From sequence record OZ336096.1: a stretch of DNA of 64,000 bases; one strand, 5' to 3'. This DNA is from a phage. The translations under genes and the position numbers were made by a program. Positions 27,427-37,788 of this stretch are shown here, piece by piece. The notes under the pieces are model-generated. The model was not told the DNA's origin. It saw nothing but the letters and a program-made list of their open reading frames with translations, and ran no database searches. Within the stretch, counting starts at the first letter, position 1. The number at the start of each line of letters is the position of its first letter.

Positions 27427-28527
27427 TTACTCATAATCCCTAATAACTAGCCCTACAGGAAACTGTAAAGAACCCTTACGAGTCATCTTCTGGAACTGAA
27501 CAGTTAAAGGTTTCCCGATAAACTCTTCAGGATGCTCAGCAAGATACTGTTTCTTCTCATGAGTAGTCTTCCATGATACATCTACAAAGACGTTAGGAAG
27601 AGTCTCTACAACGAACTTGCCATGACCACGCTTATCAGTCTTTACACCAGTCACTTTAAACTCTTCAGTGTGCATCTTCTTGTGCTTAATCAAGAAGTAT
27701 GAACGGTGACAGCACTCATAGAAGGAGTCTTCAGAGATTGAACGGTACATTGCACCTTCAAACTGAGCTTCAACCCACTTATCATGGGCTTCATCAAACT
27801 CTTCCCAAGAATTTACACGGATAGTCTGTACAGGAACCACTCTACAGGTATCCCCAAGCTCAACAATAGGTGAACTATCAATAACTTCACGACGCTCAGG
27901 CCAAGATTTTGAATTGTCACAGATATCATACCAGTAGAATTTAAGAAGGTGACGGTCTGGATTGTCAGCATTCTTAATCATAGACACAATATCTTCTAAG
28001 TCCTGCCCATGAGCATAAATCTCACCATCAAAGTCTTCAACTTGTGGATGTAATTTAAGCAACAAAAGCAAATCTGGAATTAGTTCTGCTGGAACGTTGT
28101 AAACAGTATTCTCACGAGAATAAGCTGTGAAACTAACTGTATCAGCATCTCTTGAAATTCTACAACGTACACCATCAAGTTTTGGTTGAGCATCAGCAGG
28201 GAACTTCAAATACTTTGCATGGCTAACCTTTGCAGCATCATGAGCAAGCTGTACACCTACCTTCTCAGTATTCTGTGCAGACTCTTTTGTATAAGCATAA
28301 CCTTTACGGTCAACTTGCTTTTTATACTTAGCAGCAACTTCAAAGAGAGCTTGCTGTTCAGCGTTACGCTCATTCTTTTTACCGATGTTTTTAGGTTCTG
28401 CTGTATACTCTTCAAACATCATCTTGCCATTTTCTTTACCGTAGGTTGTAATAACTTTGTCACCTACAGCAACACATGACCAAACGTTAAAAGAGCCATC
28501 TTTATTTTGTTTGTACAGTATTGTCAT
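27427..28527 (-). CDS. ATP-dependent DNA ligase
   Basis: 366-aa ORF containing the ligase adenylation motif KLDG (PKLDGVRC). Confidence 0.85.
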   Translation of the reverse strand: MTILYKQNKDGSFNVWSCVAVGDKVITTYGKENGKMMFEEYTAEPKNIGKKNERNAEQQALFEVAAKYKKQVDRKGYAYTKESAQNTEKVGVQLAHDAAKVSHAKYLKFPADAQPKLDGVRCRISRDADTVSFTAYSRENTVYNVPAELIPDLLLLLKLHPQVEDFDGEIYAHGQDLEDIVSMIKNADNPDRHLLKFYWYDICDNSKSWPERREVIDSSPIVELGDTCRVVPVQTIRVNSWEEFDEAHDKWVEAQFEGAMYRSISEDSFYECCHRSYFLIKHKKMHTEEFKVTGVKTDKRGHGKFVVETLPNVFVDVSWKTTHEKKQYLAEHPEEFIGKPLTVQFQKMTRKGSLQFPVGLVIRDYE

Positions 28528-28730
28528 TTTCTCTTACCACCAATTTCTACGTCAATAACTTGAACATCACCAGCAACATCAAACTTATGAATGATGCTTT
28601 CCACAGTGTAAGTCCAACCATCAATGCGAACAAGCTCACCTTCTCGTGGGACTATTGGATTACGTTGAGCTACCGTTGTAGTAGAGTGAACAACATCATA
28701 ACGGTAGATATAGTTTACTAGGACTTCCAT
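28524..28730 (-). CDS. hypothetical protein
   Basis: Listed ORF 28524..28829 overlaps the lipoprotein gene; internal ATG at 28730 gives a 68-aa non-overlapping product. Confidence 0.3.
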   Translation of the reverse strand: MEVLVNYIYRYDVVHSTTTVAQRNPIVPREGELVRIDGWTYTVESIIHKFDVAGDVQVIDVEIGGKRK

Positions 28731-28740
28731 CGTGAAAACC

Positions 28741-28998
28741 TCACTCAATAACCGTAGTATGTGATTGACCATTTTTGCCGTAGCTATAAGATGTTGTTGT
28801 TTGAGAGTTTGGACATCTGACAACAACAATATCCCTACTTATAGCGTCACCATTGAGTTTGTAGATTTTGCAGTCTTGCATCTCTGGAGGGAGGCTATAA
28901 GAGGTATCTTTGTTTTCATAAGATGGGTTACAGCCAGCCAGAAAAATTACTCCAAGTGCAACCATTGCTTTCACACAACTCTTAACCTTATTGTTCAC
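28741..28998 (-). CDS. lipoprotein
   Basis: 85-aa ORF with signal peptide and lipobox (VIFLAGC). Confidence 0.55.
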   Translation of the reverse strand: MNNKVKSCVKAMVALGVIFLAGCNPSYENKDTSYSLPPEMQDCKIYKLNGDAISRDIVVVRCPNSQTTTSYSYGKNGQSHTTVIE

Positions 28999-29130
28999 GA
29001 TAGTCTACCTCTCTGTATGTTTTTAAATAGTGAGTGATGAGTTCTGGTAATTCACTACGTTTAACGTTTGAACGAAGAAGTGTCCAGTCAAAACCTTTAC
29101 CAACCCTTCCCCAGAGACTGTACATTTTCT

Positions 29131-29349
29131 TCATAGCAACTCCAGAATATCAATACGTTCACCCTTAAGGACTCCGGTGCGGTCTCTTGCAATCTTACCG
29201 TCAACGATAAGGATATGCGCGACCTTTAAAGCCTCACGATTAAAACCTTTTAAGAACTTACTAGGCATCACCACAATAAGCATCTCTTGAATCAACTCTG
29301 GAGTATAGCAGTTGTCGTGAAGTTGCTGAATAACGTCTGCAAGTGTCAT
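29131..29349 (-). CDS. hypothetical protein
   Basis: 72-aa ORF. Confidence 0.4.
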   Translation of the reverse strand: MTLADVIQQLHDNCYTPELIQEMLIVVMPSKFLKGFNREALKVAHILIVDGKIARDRTGVLKGERIDILELL

Positions 29350-29400
29350 ATAACCTCCTATATAAGATACAGTATAAGGTACTCTTCCCTGAGCACCTTG

Positions 29401-29934
29401 TCAACTTAGTTTTGCAAACTCTCCGTGGAGTTTAATAGCAGCTTCACAGTAAGCTTTATGGGCTTCTTCAGGGGTGTCATGGTGACCTAAAAACATCTTC
29501 TTACCTTTATAACTTATCTGTGCGACCCACTTACCAGACTTCTTCTTAAGACTTACACCCTTGTACCCAGATTTATTGGTGACTGGTTTACCTTTATTCC
29601 AAGCACTTTGAAAATCATCTGCTTCCCTTAAGTTTACAATCCTGTTGTCAAGCGAGTCTCCGTTGATATGGTCAATGATACCTTTTGGCATCTTGCCATA
29701 CACGTAAAGCCATGCGAGTCTGTGTGCTTTATGTGCTTTCTTGTCAAAATAGATACTAATCTGTTTATGACCACTTGAATCAGTCTGGATATTACCTGCC
29801 ACCTTTCCTGCATAATTACTGTTAAAAACACTAACAGCTCTTGATTTACCTTCTCTACGAAGCCAAGTAAAGACCCCTGTTTCGGGGTCATAGTGCAGCA
29901 GCTCCTTTAAACGTTTTTGTAAAATTAAGTCCAT
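29401..29934 (-). CDS. HNH-AP2 homing endonuclease (free-standing)
   Basis: HNH motif (IDHINGDSLDNRIVNLR) followed by AP2-type DNA-binding domain (YKGVS...KWVAQISYKGKKMFLGHHDTPEEAHKAY); sits immediately 3' of DNA polymerase exon 2. Confidence 0.8.
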   Translation of the reverse strand: MDLILQKRLKELLHYDPETGVFTWLRREGKSRAVSVFNSNYAGKVAGNIQTDSSGHKQISIYFDKKAHKAHRLAWLYVYGKMPKGIIDHINGDSLDNRIVNLREADDFQSAWNKGKPVTNKSGYKGVSLKKKSGKWVAQISYKGKKMFLGHHDTPEEAHKAYCEAAIKLHGEFAKLS

Positions 29935-29937
29935 TAA

Positions 29938-30494
29938 TCAATGTACCTCATACCAGCTCTTACCAACCTTTGCTGTACCAGTTACAAGTGTTTCTTTCCT
30001 CAAACCTAAGTTTTTTGAAGCTTGTCCATACATCCAGTCAGCAATTGCTTTCATATCCTGTGTCATACCCTCTGGACATTCCCAACTATTTTCATCGTGA
30101 TATGCCAGAAGTAACCTTGCTCCGATAGCTGGTTTTCGAGCATTCAGTTTTGTCAGGCCATCTTCACAGGCTTTTCTTGCTGCTAGGTTGATGGCCTCAT
30201 TCTGAATCTGTGCTTCCGAACTCATCAGGAGGTAGTTCAGTAGTTTATGTGGAGATTTGCACCATATCCATGCTCCAGCGACCCTGATATAACCACCTTT
30301 AGCAATTGAAGAATTCTTCCCAAAAACCTCTTCCAGAGCCTTTTTAGACGCCTTAAAATCGGCTTCTAAGCTATCAAGTAACTTCTTAATCTTTGGCAGA
30401 CGCATATAGTAAGTTTGTTTAGTCAATGCACCTTCTTCCGTAGATGATGCTTTGATAGTTTTTGCAAACTTCTCGTCACCTGCACCGAACAATA
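29938..30494 (-). CDS. DNA polymerase (family A, T7-like), exon 2
   Basis: Begins inside motif B (..LFGAGDEKFAK, cf. T7 FLYGAGDEKIG), contains HDE motif C and T7-like C-terminus (KSWYEVH); listed ORF starts with TTG, consistent with an exon rather than an independent gene. Confidence 0.8.
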
Positions 30495-30762
30495 CATCTG
30501 GTCAATACACTCGCAAGGTGTACCAGTTCTCTTATGAACTTCTCCGCATTTCTACGGAGTGTCGGACTATATCACGTAGTAGTAATACTACCGTTGCACT
30601 TGGGAATGGTCATTAGCTTACCACCCTACTCTACTCAGTTCATACATTAAGTATGCTTTTCGATAGTCTCTGAACGTTCCTCTTAAGAGGCTTCGCTGCT
30701 GATTACCATATCTTTTAAGACTTAGGCTTCCAGCAATTCACAACGTTTTACATGCGCCACTG
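30495..30762 (-). ncRNA. group I self-splicing intron (ORF-less) in DNA polymerase gene
   Basis: Conserved group I elements read on the sense strand in order P (AATTGCTGGAA; + coords 30728-30738), Q (AATCAGCAG; 30696-30704), R (GTTCAGAGACTATCG; 30661-30675), S (GATATAGTCC; 30564-30573); proposed boundaries put U at the 5' exon end, G at the intron end, and restore motif B as IYALLFGAGDEK; exact splice sites are inferred. Confidence 0.7.
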
Positions 30763-32935
30763 ACGCATAGATGCCATTTTTGCTCTTCTTACGACCTTTT
30801 GTAATCTCGTGAAGAAGTTCCTCATCCTGTGTCTCCCTACAACGAACAATATCTTCTTCCTTGTTCAGACCAAAGTAAATACTGTTCAGTGTATGCGCAT
30901 CAGTCCCTGTGTAGACTTCATAGAGGTCGTTCTCAGCATCATAACGAAGATACTTGTCAGTTTCTGGATTAAGATACTTATCGAGATGCTTGCAATAGTA
31001 TCTTCCATCCTCTTGCTTAGTGAACTCTACTGACTCTTTACCCTCAGTTACTGCTTTAGTGAAGTCTTCATCACCCATAAAGTTACAAAGAAGAACTAGC
31101 TGGGCTGAGTTCTGGTCAACGGAAACGATGTTAGTCCCCTCCTCACAAATCCACACCTCCCTCATAGGTGCTCCATAGACAGCAGCACCAGACGGTACGT
31201 TTACAATACCATATTGCGTCATACGTCCAGTTGAAGTACCAAACACCATTGCACCAGCACTAAGGCGACCATCTGGACGAATCTGGTTCAACCAACCTTT
31301 TTCATCATCCTTTGAGTTCTCAATAGTCCTGCGTCGGTGCATCAAAGTATAGTACTTAGCAATCTTCTGTCCAAGCTCACCTTCAATCGTATCATAAGAT
31401 GATTCAGTAAGTTTTGGTGAAGTACGGATTAAGCAAGGCTCAAGCAAATCTGTGTACTTCTTCACAGACCAGTTATGTTCAATGTACTGGACACCTTCAT
31501 GTTCAACATAACTCAAGCCGCACCGTTCAACCATCTCCTGCCACTTAGGATGCTTTGTAATCATCTTTTTGTTGTCTTTGAAACGACAAACTTTGACAGG
31601 GCGACCATCTGAATCTTTCTTGTAGTTCCAGTCATCTGGAATCCAGCCAACTGATTTCAAGTAGTCTTTAACAACTGCTACTTGAGTCATACGAGAAACT
31701 TCAAACTCAATTGGTGTATATGGTGCATCAATCAATCCTGTGTAGCGACTTGACTCCAGTCCAAAGTGGTTAACAACATGACTGTTATAGTACTTCACAG
31801 TTTTAACTGTTTTTACTGGCTTCCAGTCTTTGCATTTCTTACCAATCTTTGCGTTCAACTCATTGCAAATTGCACGAGCATCCTTCATTGCTACAAAACC
31901 CTCCTTGTACTCTTCACCAGTTACAGAGTTGGTTGGCGTATAGCAATTTCTCTTTTCAATGTTAAAAATCTTTGTAGTTGGCTTACCAAATGGTTTGATT
32001 TCGTATGTCTGCATCTCACCGTTACGTACCTGCTGACGATACTTTGTCTTAGGGTACTTGGTAATCCTCTTCAGTCCATCTGCATGACCAAATGTTTCAA
32101 CATACTCATTCCAAGCTTTTGCAAACTCTTCTCCAGTGACTTTACCTTTGGTCTTAATAGTTGGAGGAAGATGTGGTTCAACCTCTGAAGCAAGCTCATT
32201 AGTCAACTTGTCAAGTTCCTTTACATGGAACTCCATAAGTTCTTTATCAGCTTTCCAACCATTGATAGCTTGTTGACTCATCCAGAAAGATGTTTCTTTA
32301 GCTCGCATGTAGGTTTCATAAGTGTCTATGCCACACTTCTTAAGCTTGAGATACTCATTATCAAGTGCCCGTTTAGTTTTGGCGTTAATACGGATATCTT
32401 CTACAACACGAGTGAAGATTTCTGCATTCCACACACCCCAATGTTCAATCTCTGGTTTACGAACACCAACACGAGCACCCCATGCAGCCAAACCATGAGC
32501 ACCTTTATAACCCTTTGGAGTTGGTCTATCCATCCACTGAACACGAGACTGGATAAGAGAATCCTGAAAGAAGTTACTCCACGGTTTACACTTTGGATTA
32601 TCAAAGTTCCATAAATCAGGTGCAATGTGGTTGAAAACCCACCAGTCATAACCGAGACCATTATGGATGCAAAGACGTTTTGCCTTTAACGCAAACTCAA
32701 CACCTTCACGCAAACCACCCTTAATGTACTTGGTATACTTGTGACCGAGGATAGGCTCGTCTGTAAAGACCCATACAGGTGGCTCTTCATCGTCAGATTT
32801 ATAGTCTGCAAAGGCCATTACGTGAACTTTAGTGAACTCAAGGAGTAAACCATCAGTTTCTGTATCACCAACCAAATGTAAGTTTTTAAAATCTACGTTT
32901 TCCATTTTTACTCCCTCTAAAATCATTAACCACAT
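30763..32935 (-). CDS. DNA polymerase (family A, T7-like), exon 1
   Basis: 3'-5' exonuclease Exo I motif DTETDG near N-terminus; ends in first half of motif B (RKKSKNGIYA); probable true start at the ATG for MENVDFK (~32905); the listed ORF's last 13 codons are read-through into the intron. Confidence 0.85.
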
Positions 32936-32965
32936 ACATTACTGCAAAAAATTATAAAAAGCAAG

Positions 32966-32995
32966 TTGACAATACACTTGACAAGGTGTTAATCT
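32966..32995 (+). promoter_or_regulatory. putative sigma70-like promoter (TTGACA-18-TAATCT)
   Basis: In the AT-rich divergent intergenic region between the DNA polymerase start and the 33163 gene; -10 is weak; a second TTGACA lies at 32978. Confidence 0.4.
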
Positions 32996-33100
32996 TTGCG
33001 AAGTGGGTTTTTACTTAAAAGGTTACTTAACAGTTTAACTATACAGATACTTTAAAACTCTTAAAAGATTATTTAATAGCTTTTAAAAAGCTTTAAAGTA

Positions 33101-33119
33101 TAACGTATAGAATACGTTA
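33101..33119. promoter_or_regulatory. operator-like inverted repeat
   Basis: TAACGTAT-AGA-ATACGTTA, perfect 8-bp arms, in the divergent intergenic region. Confidence 0.3.
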
Positions 33120-33162
33120 AGATAAAAGATTAAAACTTAATAGTTACTTAAAAGAGGCTTAC

Positions 33163-33585
33163 ATGCAGAAAATGTTTGTTCACCCAGACATAGCTGACTT
33201 TGTTAGAGCTTTGCAGAAGTTGGAAGAACTTGACATTGCTGCTCAACGGGAATATGCTCACCATCACAGGAGAATGGTTGATATACAACATGAAATAGAG
33301 TTGTCTGAAAACTATGAAGATGACTTAAAATGCTCTGTATTTGAGCATATGAAAGATGTTGCTACAGCAAGACGTAAAGCTAAAGACACAGTTGCTTTAC
33401 TAGATTCTCTTAAAAAGAGGTTGCAAAGTGGTACAGACCTGTGTAACCTAGCGTCACTGATTAACGATGTTGAAACTTCTTGGGATAGGCACTATTATCC
33501 ACGTTCTGAAAAGACACTTGACTTTTCTTCATCCGAAAACTTAAAATGTTCTAGAAAGAAACTTAACCAACTGAGAGAGAAATAG
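33163..33585 (+). CDS. hypothetical protein
   Basis: 140-aa ORF, first gene of rightward block after AT-rich divergent intergenic region. Confidence 0.45.
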   Translation: MQKMFVHPDIADFVRALQKLEELDIAAQREYAHHHRRMVDIQHEIELSENYEDDLKCSVFEHMKDVATARRKAKDTVALLDSLKKRLQSGTDLCNLASLINDVETSWDRHYYPRSEKTLDFSSSENLKCSRKKLNQLREK

Positions 33586-33586
33586 T

Positions 33587-34387
33587 ATGAATATCGATGT
33601 AGAAAAGATGCTTGAAGAAAAAGGTGTTGACGAAGCGTTCTTAATCAATGCCGTAGAAAGCATGGCTATGATTCTTCGTGGCAACAACTACACAGAACAG
33701 TTTATGCCTGCAAGCTATAACTTGCCTGAAGACAAGTCTGATAACGGTGCTTTTGCAGAACAGGTTAACATAATGCTTTGCGACAAAACGCTTGCTTTAG
33801 CATCTATCGTTGTAGGTGTTGATGCTCTTGCAGAGTTCATTTTTCATAAGATGCAGAAAAATGACTATATTGCCATGACCACTGAAGAAAAAGACTTGCT
33901 ACTACTCGCAGGTAATGATGAACTAATTGACCTGTTAATTTCATCAACAAGTGCTGTTATGGCTGTTCTTGAGAAGCGAATGGAAGAGAAGTTGTCACGA
34001 TATGAAAAACTTGATTGGGGCGTAGAAGAATTAAACCCACGAATCAAAGAGATTATCCAGCAAACTAAAGAGTCTTTGGAAGAAGCTGTCGAAAATGACT
34101 CTGTAGCTGATATAGAACCACTTCAGGTGAAAGTTGCACTGATGATTCCAGCTATCTCTACGATGATGAATATCGTTGCACTAATCCAACTGTCACAGAT
34201 GATGGGTGTGAGTATGGAGTTCATTGAGGAGATGACTGGTGGTGTCAGTATGCAAGCAATCAATGATGTTTTGGTGAACATTGGTGCTTCAATCATTGAA
34301 GAGAAACTACGCATTAATTTCGGTGATGATTTTGTGAAGCAAATCTCAGCTATGGCTGAAAAAGAGTATGCTGACAAACTGCACTAA
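33587..34387 (+). CDS. hypothetical protein
   Basis: 266-aa acidic ORF followed by a terminator-like hairpin. Confidence 0.45.
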   Translation: MNIDVEKMLEEKGVDEAFLINAVESMAMILRGNNYTEQFMPASYNLPEDKSDNGAFAEQVNIMLCDKTLALASIVVGVDALAEFIFHKMQKNDYIAMTTEEKDLLLLAGNDELIDLLISSTSAVMAVLEKRMEEKLSRYEKLDWGVEELNPRIKEIIQQTKESLEEAVENDSVADIEPLQVKVALMIPAISTMMNIVALIQLSQMMGVSMEFIEEMTGGVSMQAINDVLVNIGASIIEEKLRINFGDDFVKQISAMAEKEYADKLH

Positions 34388-34404
34388 GTCTTTATAAATC
34401 TTAC

Positions 34405-34430
34405 AAGCCTCCTTAGTTGGGGGCTTTTTA
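34405..34430 (+). terminator. rho-independent terminator
   Basis: AGCCTCC...GGGGGCT stem (one G-U pair) followed by TTTTT. Confidence 0.6.
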
Positions 34431-34433
34431 GTA

Positions 34434-35192
34434 ATGAAGGGAGATAAAATGAGTAATATTATTGCATTTACTGGAAAGGCACGTTCTGGAAAAGACACCT
34501 CATGTTCTATTGTGAAGAACATCTTAGAGGATGAGTACGGCTACAATGTTGCAGTAATGGCCTATGCAGACAACCTTAAACTATCTGCATCAAAGATATT
34601 TGACCTGACTTGGAATGACCTGTATGGTGAAACTAAAGAGACTCCACAGGTTTTTGATTTATCATATCCTGAACTGTTGTTCAAAGTTACAGAAGCTATG
34701 GAGTTTACCTTCAAAGATGAACGTTACCATATGGATTTTAAGCTTATGTCAGAACTAACCGGACGATTAATCATGGAGCTTAAGAAGATTGCTAAACCGA
34801 CCTTGTTAACACGTCTGGGATTTAGTAACAAGTATAAATTCTCATCAAGACAAATTCAACAGATTTGGGGCACTGAAGTTGTCCGTAAAGTTCTGGGTGA
34901 CAAGTTCTGGGCTAAAGACCTCGAAAAACGAATGGTAAATTTCTTTGATGTTTGCTCGCTTAGAAATCAAGAAGGCGTTGTTTTAATCAGTGATTTAAGA
35001 TTTGACTCTGAAGCTGAGTGGCTGAGTAGATTTGCACACCAAACTATTGAAGTAAAAAGAGACAATGTGGACAAAGTTTCATCACATGTTTCAGAAAATG
35101 GCATTTCTACAAAATATGAGCGTGACATTATTCATAATAATGGTACTCTTGCAGACCTTGAGAGCAAGCTAAGAGCTATCCTGAAGATTTAA
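34434..35192 (+). CDS. deoxynucleoside monophosphate kinase
   Basis: P-loop at N-terminus (IIAFTGKARSGKDT) resembling T4 gp1 dNMP kinase (FLSGVKRSGKDT). Confidence 0.65.
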   Translation: MKGDKMSNIIAFTGKARSGKDTSCSIVKNILEDEYGYNVAVMAYADNLKLSASKIFDLTWNDLYGETKETPQVFDLSYPELLFKVTEAMEFTFKDERYHMDFKLMSELTGRLIMELKKIAKPTLLTRLGFSNKYKFSSRQIQQIWGTEVVRKVLGDKFWAKDLEKRMVNFFDVCSLRNQEGVVLISDLRFDSEAEWLSRFAHQTIEVKRDNVDKVSSHVSENGISTKYERDIIHNNGTLADLESKLRAILKI

Positions 35193-35200
35193 AAGAGAGA

Positions 35201-35401
35201 ATGAAGATGAGAGTAAAAGACAATTTTAAAGTTATTGACCACCGTTTAGTGGAACTCTCATCTCTTTCCAATGATGTAATGATTGAACGTCTTAAGAGAG
35301 TTGAATCACGAAGGAAAGAGATTGCAGATGAAATTCATGAACTGGACAAGATTGAGAATGGATTGAAGGCAGAACTACAACGAAGAGGTGCTAATGTCTA
35401 A
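35201..35401 (+). CDS. small coiled-coil protein
   Basis: 66-aa ORF overlapping start of primase-helicase. Confidence 0.35.
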   Translation: MKMRVKDNFKVIDHRLVELSSLSNDVMIERLKRVESRRKEIADEIHELDKIENGLKAELQRRGANV

Positions 35402-37379
35402 AGGTCGTAAATTGAAAGAGGCTGGGCAGTTTATTGGTCATTGTGCATGTCCACGTTGTGGTTCATCAGATGCTGGTTCAATCTATCATCATGACGATGA
35501 TTCTTATTCGATGACTTGCTTTAGTTGTAACAAAGGTTTCCCAGAGTGGGATTTTGATAAAGGACAAATCGTGAGCACTTATTCTACTGGTTCAGACAAT
35601 AAAAACCGTACTTTCCGTGGAATGGATTTAGACGATGTAAAAGAAAACCTTGAAGCAATGGACTTAAAGGACAGGAAGATTCCTGCAAAAGTTCTTGAGC
35701 GTTTGGGTATCAAGGTTGACATTGACAGTGACGGTGAAATTGATGCGCATTTCTATCCAACTTACAAACGTAATGAAGATGGTAAGCTAGAGCACGTTGG
35801 CTACCGTGTACGTCATCGCTATCCAGAAGACCACCCAAAAGAGCACCTACGTGGTAAGTTAAAAGACTTCTCAGGTGGTGTTGGAGACATTAAAGGCGAA
35901 CTGGCAATGTTCGGTTCATGGATTGCTCCAGAAGGTGGTAACCGTCTATTCATCTGGGAAGGTGAGATGGAATGTGCGACAGCAATCTATATGACTTCTC
36001 TTGCGATTAAGGATAAATCTCGTCGTAAGAATTACTGTCACGTATCTGTTCCATCGGGTGCAAACATTAAGTCTATCAAAGACAACTATCAGTACATCAC
36101 ATCATTTGACGAGATTTACTTGTGCTTTGATAACGATGAAGCAGGTGCTAAAGCTACCAAAGAGGCTGCTGGTATCCTCCCTATTGAGAAGGTTCGTTTA
36201 TTCCAGTATCCAGAGGGTGTAAAAGACCTTAATGAATGGTGGACAAAGTTCTATAAAGAGAAAGACACAGTTCTGGAAGGATTTAAACAGCGTATCTACA
36301 ACGCACCTCGTTACTGCCCTGCTGGTATCAAGAACTTCGCAGATGGTTTTGAGGCAATGAAGAATCGTGGTCAGATTCCATTGATTCCTTTCCCAGAATC
36401 TTTCGGAGATTTGAACAGGCTTACTTATGGCGGCTATGGTTTAGGTGAGATTACAACTCTGGCAGCACCATCTTCAGTGGGTAAATCAGCATATACTCGT
36501 GAGATGATTTACTCAGCTTGGAAAGAAACTGATTATAATATCGGTGTAATTCCTGTAGAAGATACCTATGAAGAGTTGATGGAGATGCTCTGTGCAATCC
36601 ACCTGAGCAAGCAGATTTCTGAGATTCCTTATGATGAACGGGATTGGGATGAATTAAAAGGAGCACACGCAGAACTATCTAAAGGCCGTCGTATCCATAT
36701 CGTTGACCATCAAGGGGCAATTGACCAAGATAACCTGCTAGAGTTTGTTGACTATCTTGTTAACAGTTTAGACTGTAAGATTATCATTCTTGACCCTATC
36801 ACGTTAGCCCTGTCACGTTCTGATACGGATGAAGAAGAAGTTTTGTCTGAGCTATTGCGTCGTTGCAAACGCTACCAGTATGCACAGGTAAACGTATGTC
36901 ACGTTCGTAAGAGTGCAGGTGGTCAGAAAGCTAACTCTGAAGGTGGGGATATCTCTGAAGAGGATATCAAGGGTTCTGGTGCGTATTTCCAGATTTCCAT
37001 GAATAATATTTTGTTAATGCGTAACAAGGTTGACCCAGACCCTGTTAAGAAAAACTTGACAAAAATCAAGCTAACTAAATGTCGTCGTCACGGTAAGTCA
37101 ACAGGTATTGCTGGTCATACTTGGTACAATCCAGATACAGGACGTCTCATTAAAGCCTCTGGTTGTGGAGTTGACATTGATGGTGCAGCAGAAAATATTC
37201 GCCAACAGTTTGGTATTGGTGAAGCTGAAGACCATTACGATGACTCTTTGCCACATTATGAGGATGAAGTGTTTGACCGTAATACTGGTGAAGTCTATAC
37301 TGAAGAGCAGCGTCAAAGCTCAACGATTCCACCTGTATTAAGTGAGGATGCAGATGACTGCCCATTCGAAACTGAGTGA
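35388..37379 (+). CDS. DNA primase-helicase (T7 gp4-like)
   Basis: N-terminal Cys4 zinc ribbon (CACPRCG...CFSCNKG), central TOPRIM-like acidic region (CFDNDEAG), C-terminal DnaB-type Walker A (AAPSSVGKSAYT). Confidence 0.85.
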   Translation: MLMSKGRKLKEAGQFIGHCACPRCGSSDAGSIYHHDDDSYSMTCFSCNKGFPEWDFDKGQIVSTYSTGSDNKNRTFRGMDLDDVKENLEAMDLKDRKIPAKVLERLGIKVDIDSDGEIDAHFYPTYKRNEDGKLEHVGYRVRHRYPEDHPKEHLRGKLKDFSGGVGDIKGELAMFGSWIAPEGGNRLFIWEGEMECATAIYMTSLAIKDKSRRKNYCHVSVPSGANIKSIKDNYQYITSFDEIYLCFDNDEAGAKATKEAAGILPIEKVRLFQYPEGVKDLNEWWTKFYKEKDTVLEGFKQRIYNAPRYCPAGIKNFADGFEAMKNRGQIPLIPFPESFGDLNRLTYGGYGLGEITTLAAPSSVGKSAYTREMIYSAWKETDYNIGVIPVEDTYEELMEMLCAIHLSKQISEIPYDERDWDELKGAHAELSKGRRIHIVDHQGAIDQDNLLEFVDYLVNSLDCKIIILDPITLALSRSDTDEEEVLSELLRRCKRYQYAQVNVCHVRKSAGGQKANSEGGDISEEDIKGSGAYFQISMNNILLMRNKVDPDPVKKNLTKIKLTKCRRHGKSTGIAGHTWYNPDTGRLIKASGCGVDIDGAAENIRQQFGIGEAEDHYDDSLPHYEDEVFDRNTGEVYTEEQRQSSTIPPVLSEDADDCPFETE

Positions 37380-37788
37380 TAGTTATAAAAGAGAGGGGTT
37401 CACACCCTTCTTTGAAGAAAAAAGTTTAAATAAATTTCAGGATGAGTGTTTGACAAAGATTGATAGGTTCTATAGAATGCTCTACATGAAATGTGATGGG
37501 GGCGTTGAGGTAGAAGAAAAGTTCCATCACAGTATTATTACAGTCACTATTACTATACCTCAGCATAATATTGGTTGGCTGTTTATAATGAAAGAGAATG
37601 TGTTTGAATATCAAGTATATCGGAGAATAGCATGAAACACTCTAAAGCATTTGAAAAAGTTTTTGGGGATTCCTTAAAATCCACTGCTGGAAAACCAGCA
37701 AAATACTATGAAGAAAAACGTGTAAGAACTGGAAAAACTGCACGTAAAGCAGCTTCTAAAGATAAGCACAACTTCCAGTAATTAGTAT

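Noticed and set aside
27227-27436. 69-aa + strand ORF and a 42-aa - strand ORF in the ligase-downstream region
   Set aside because: No RBS, odd composition and overlap with inverted repeats; insufficient support for coding.
31766-32614. Long + strand ORFs (31766-32188, 32225-32614) antisense to the DNA polymerase
   Set aside because: Hydrophobic, low-complexity translations fully inside a well-supported gene on the other strand; typical antisense artefacts. The same applies to antisense ORFs inside terL, portal, tape measure, fibre, ligase and nrdA.
30722-32935. DNA polymerase encoded as two separate polypeptides (split gene without splicing)
   Set aside because: The intervening 268 nt carries group I P, Q, R and S elements, exon 2 has no ATG (TTG only), and a U...G splice restores motif B exactly, so an intron explains it better; not excluded without cDNA.
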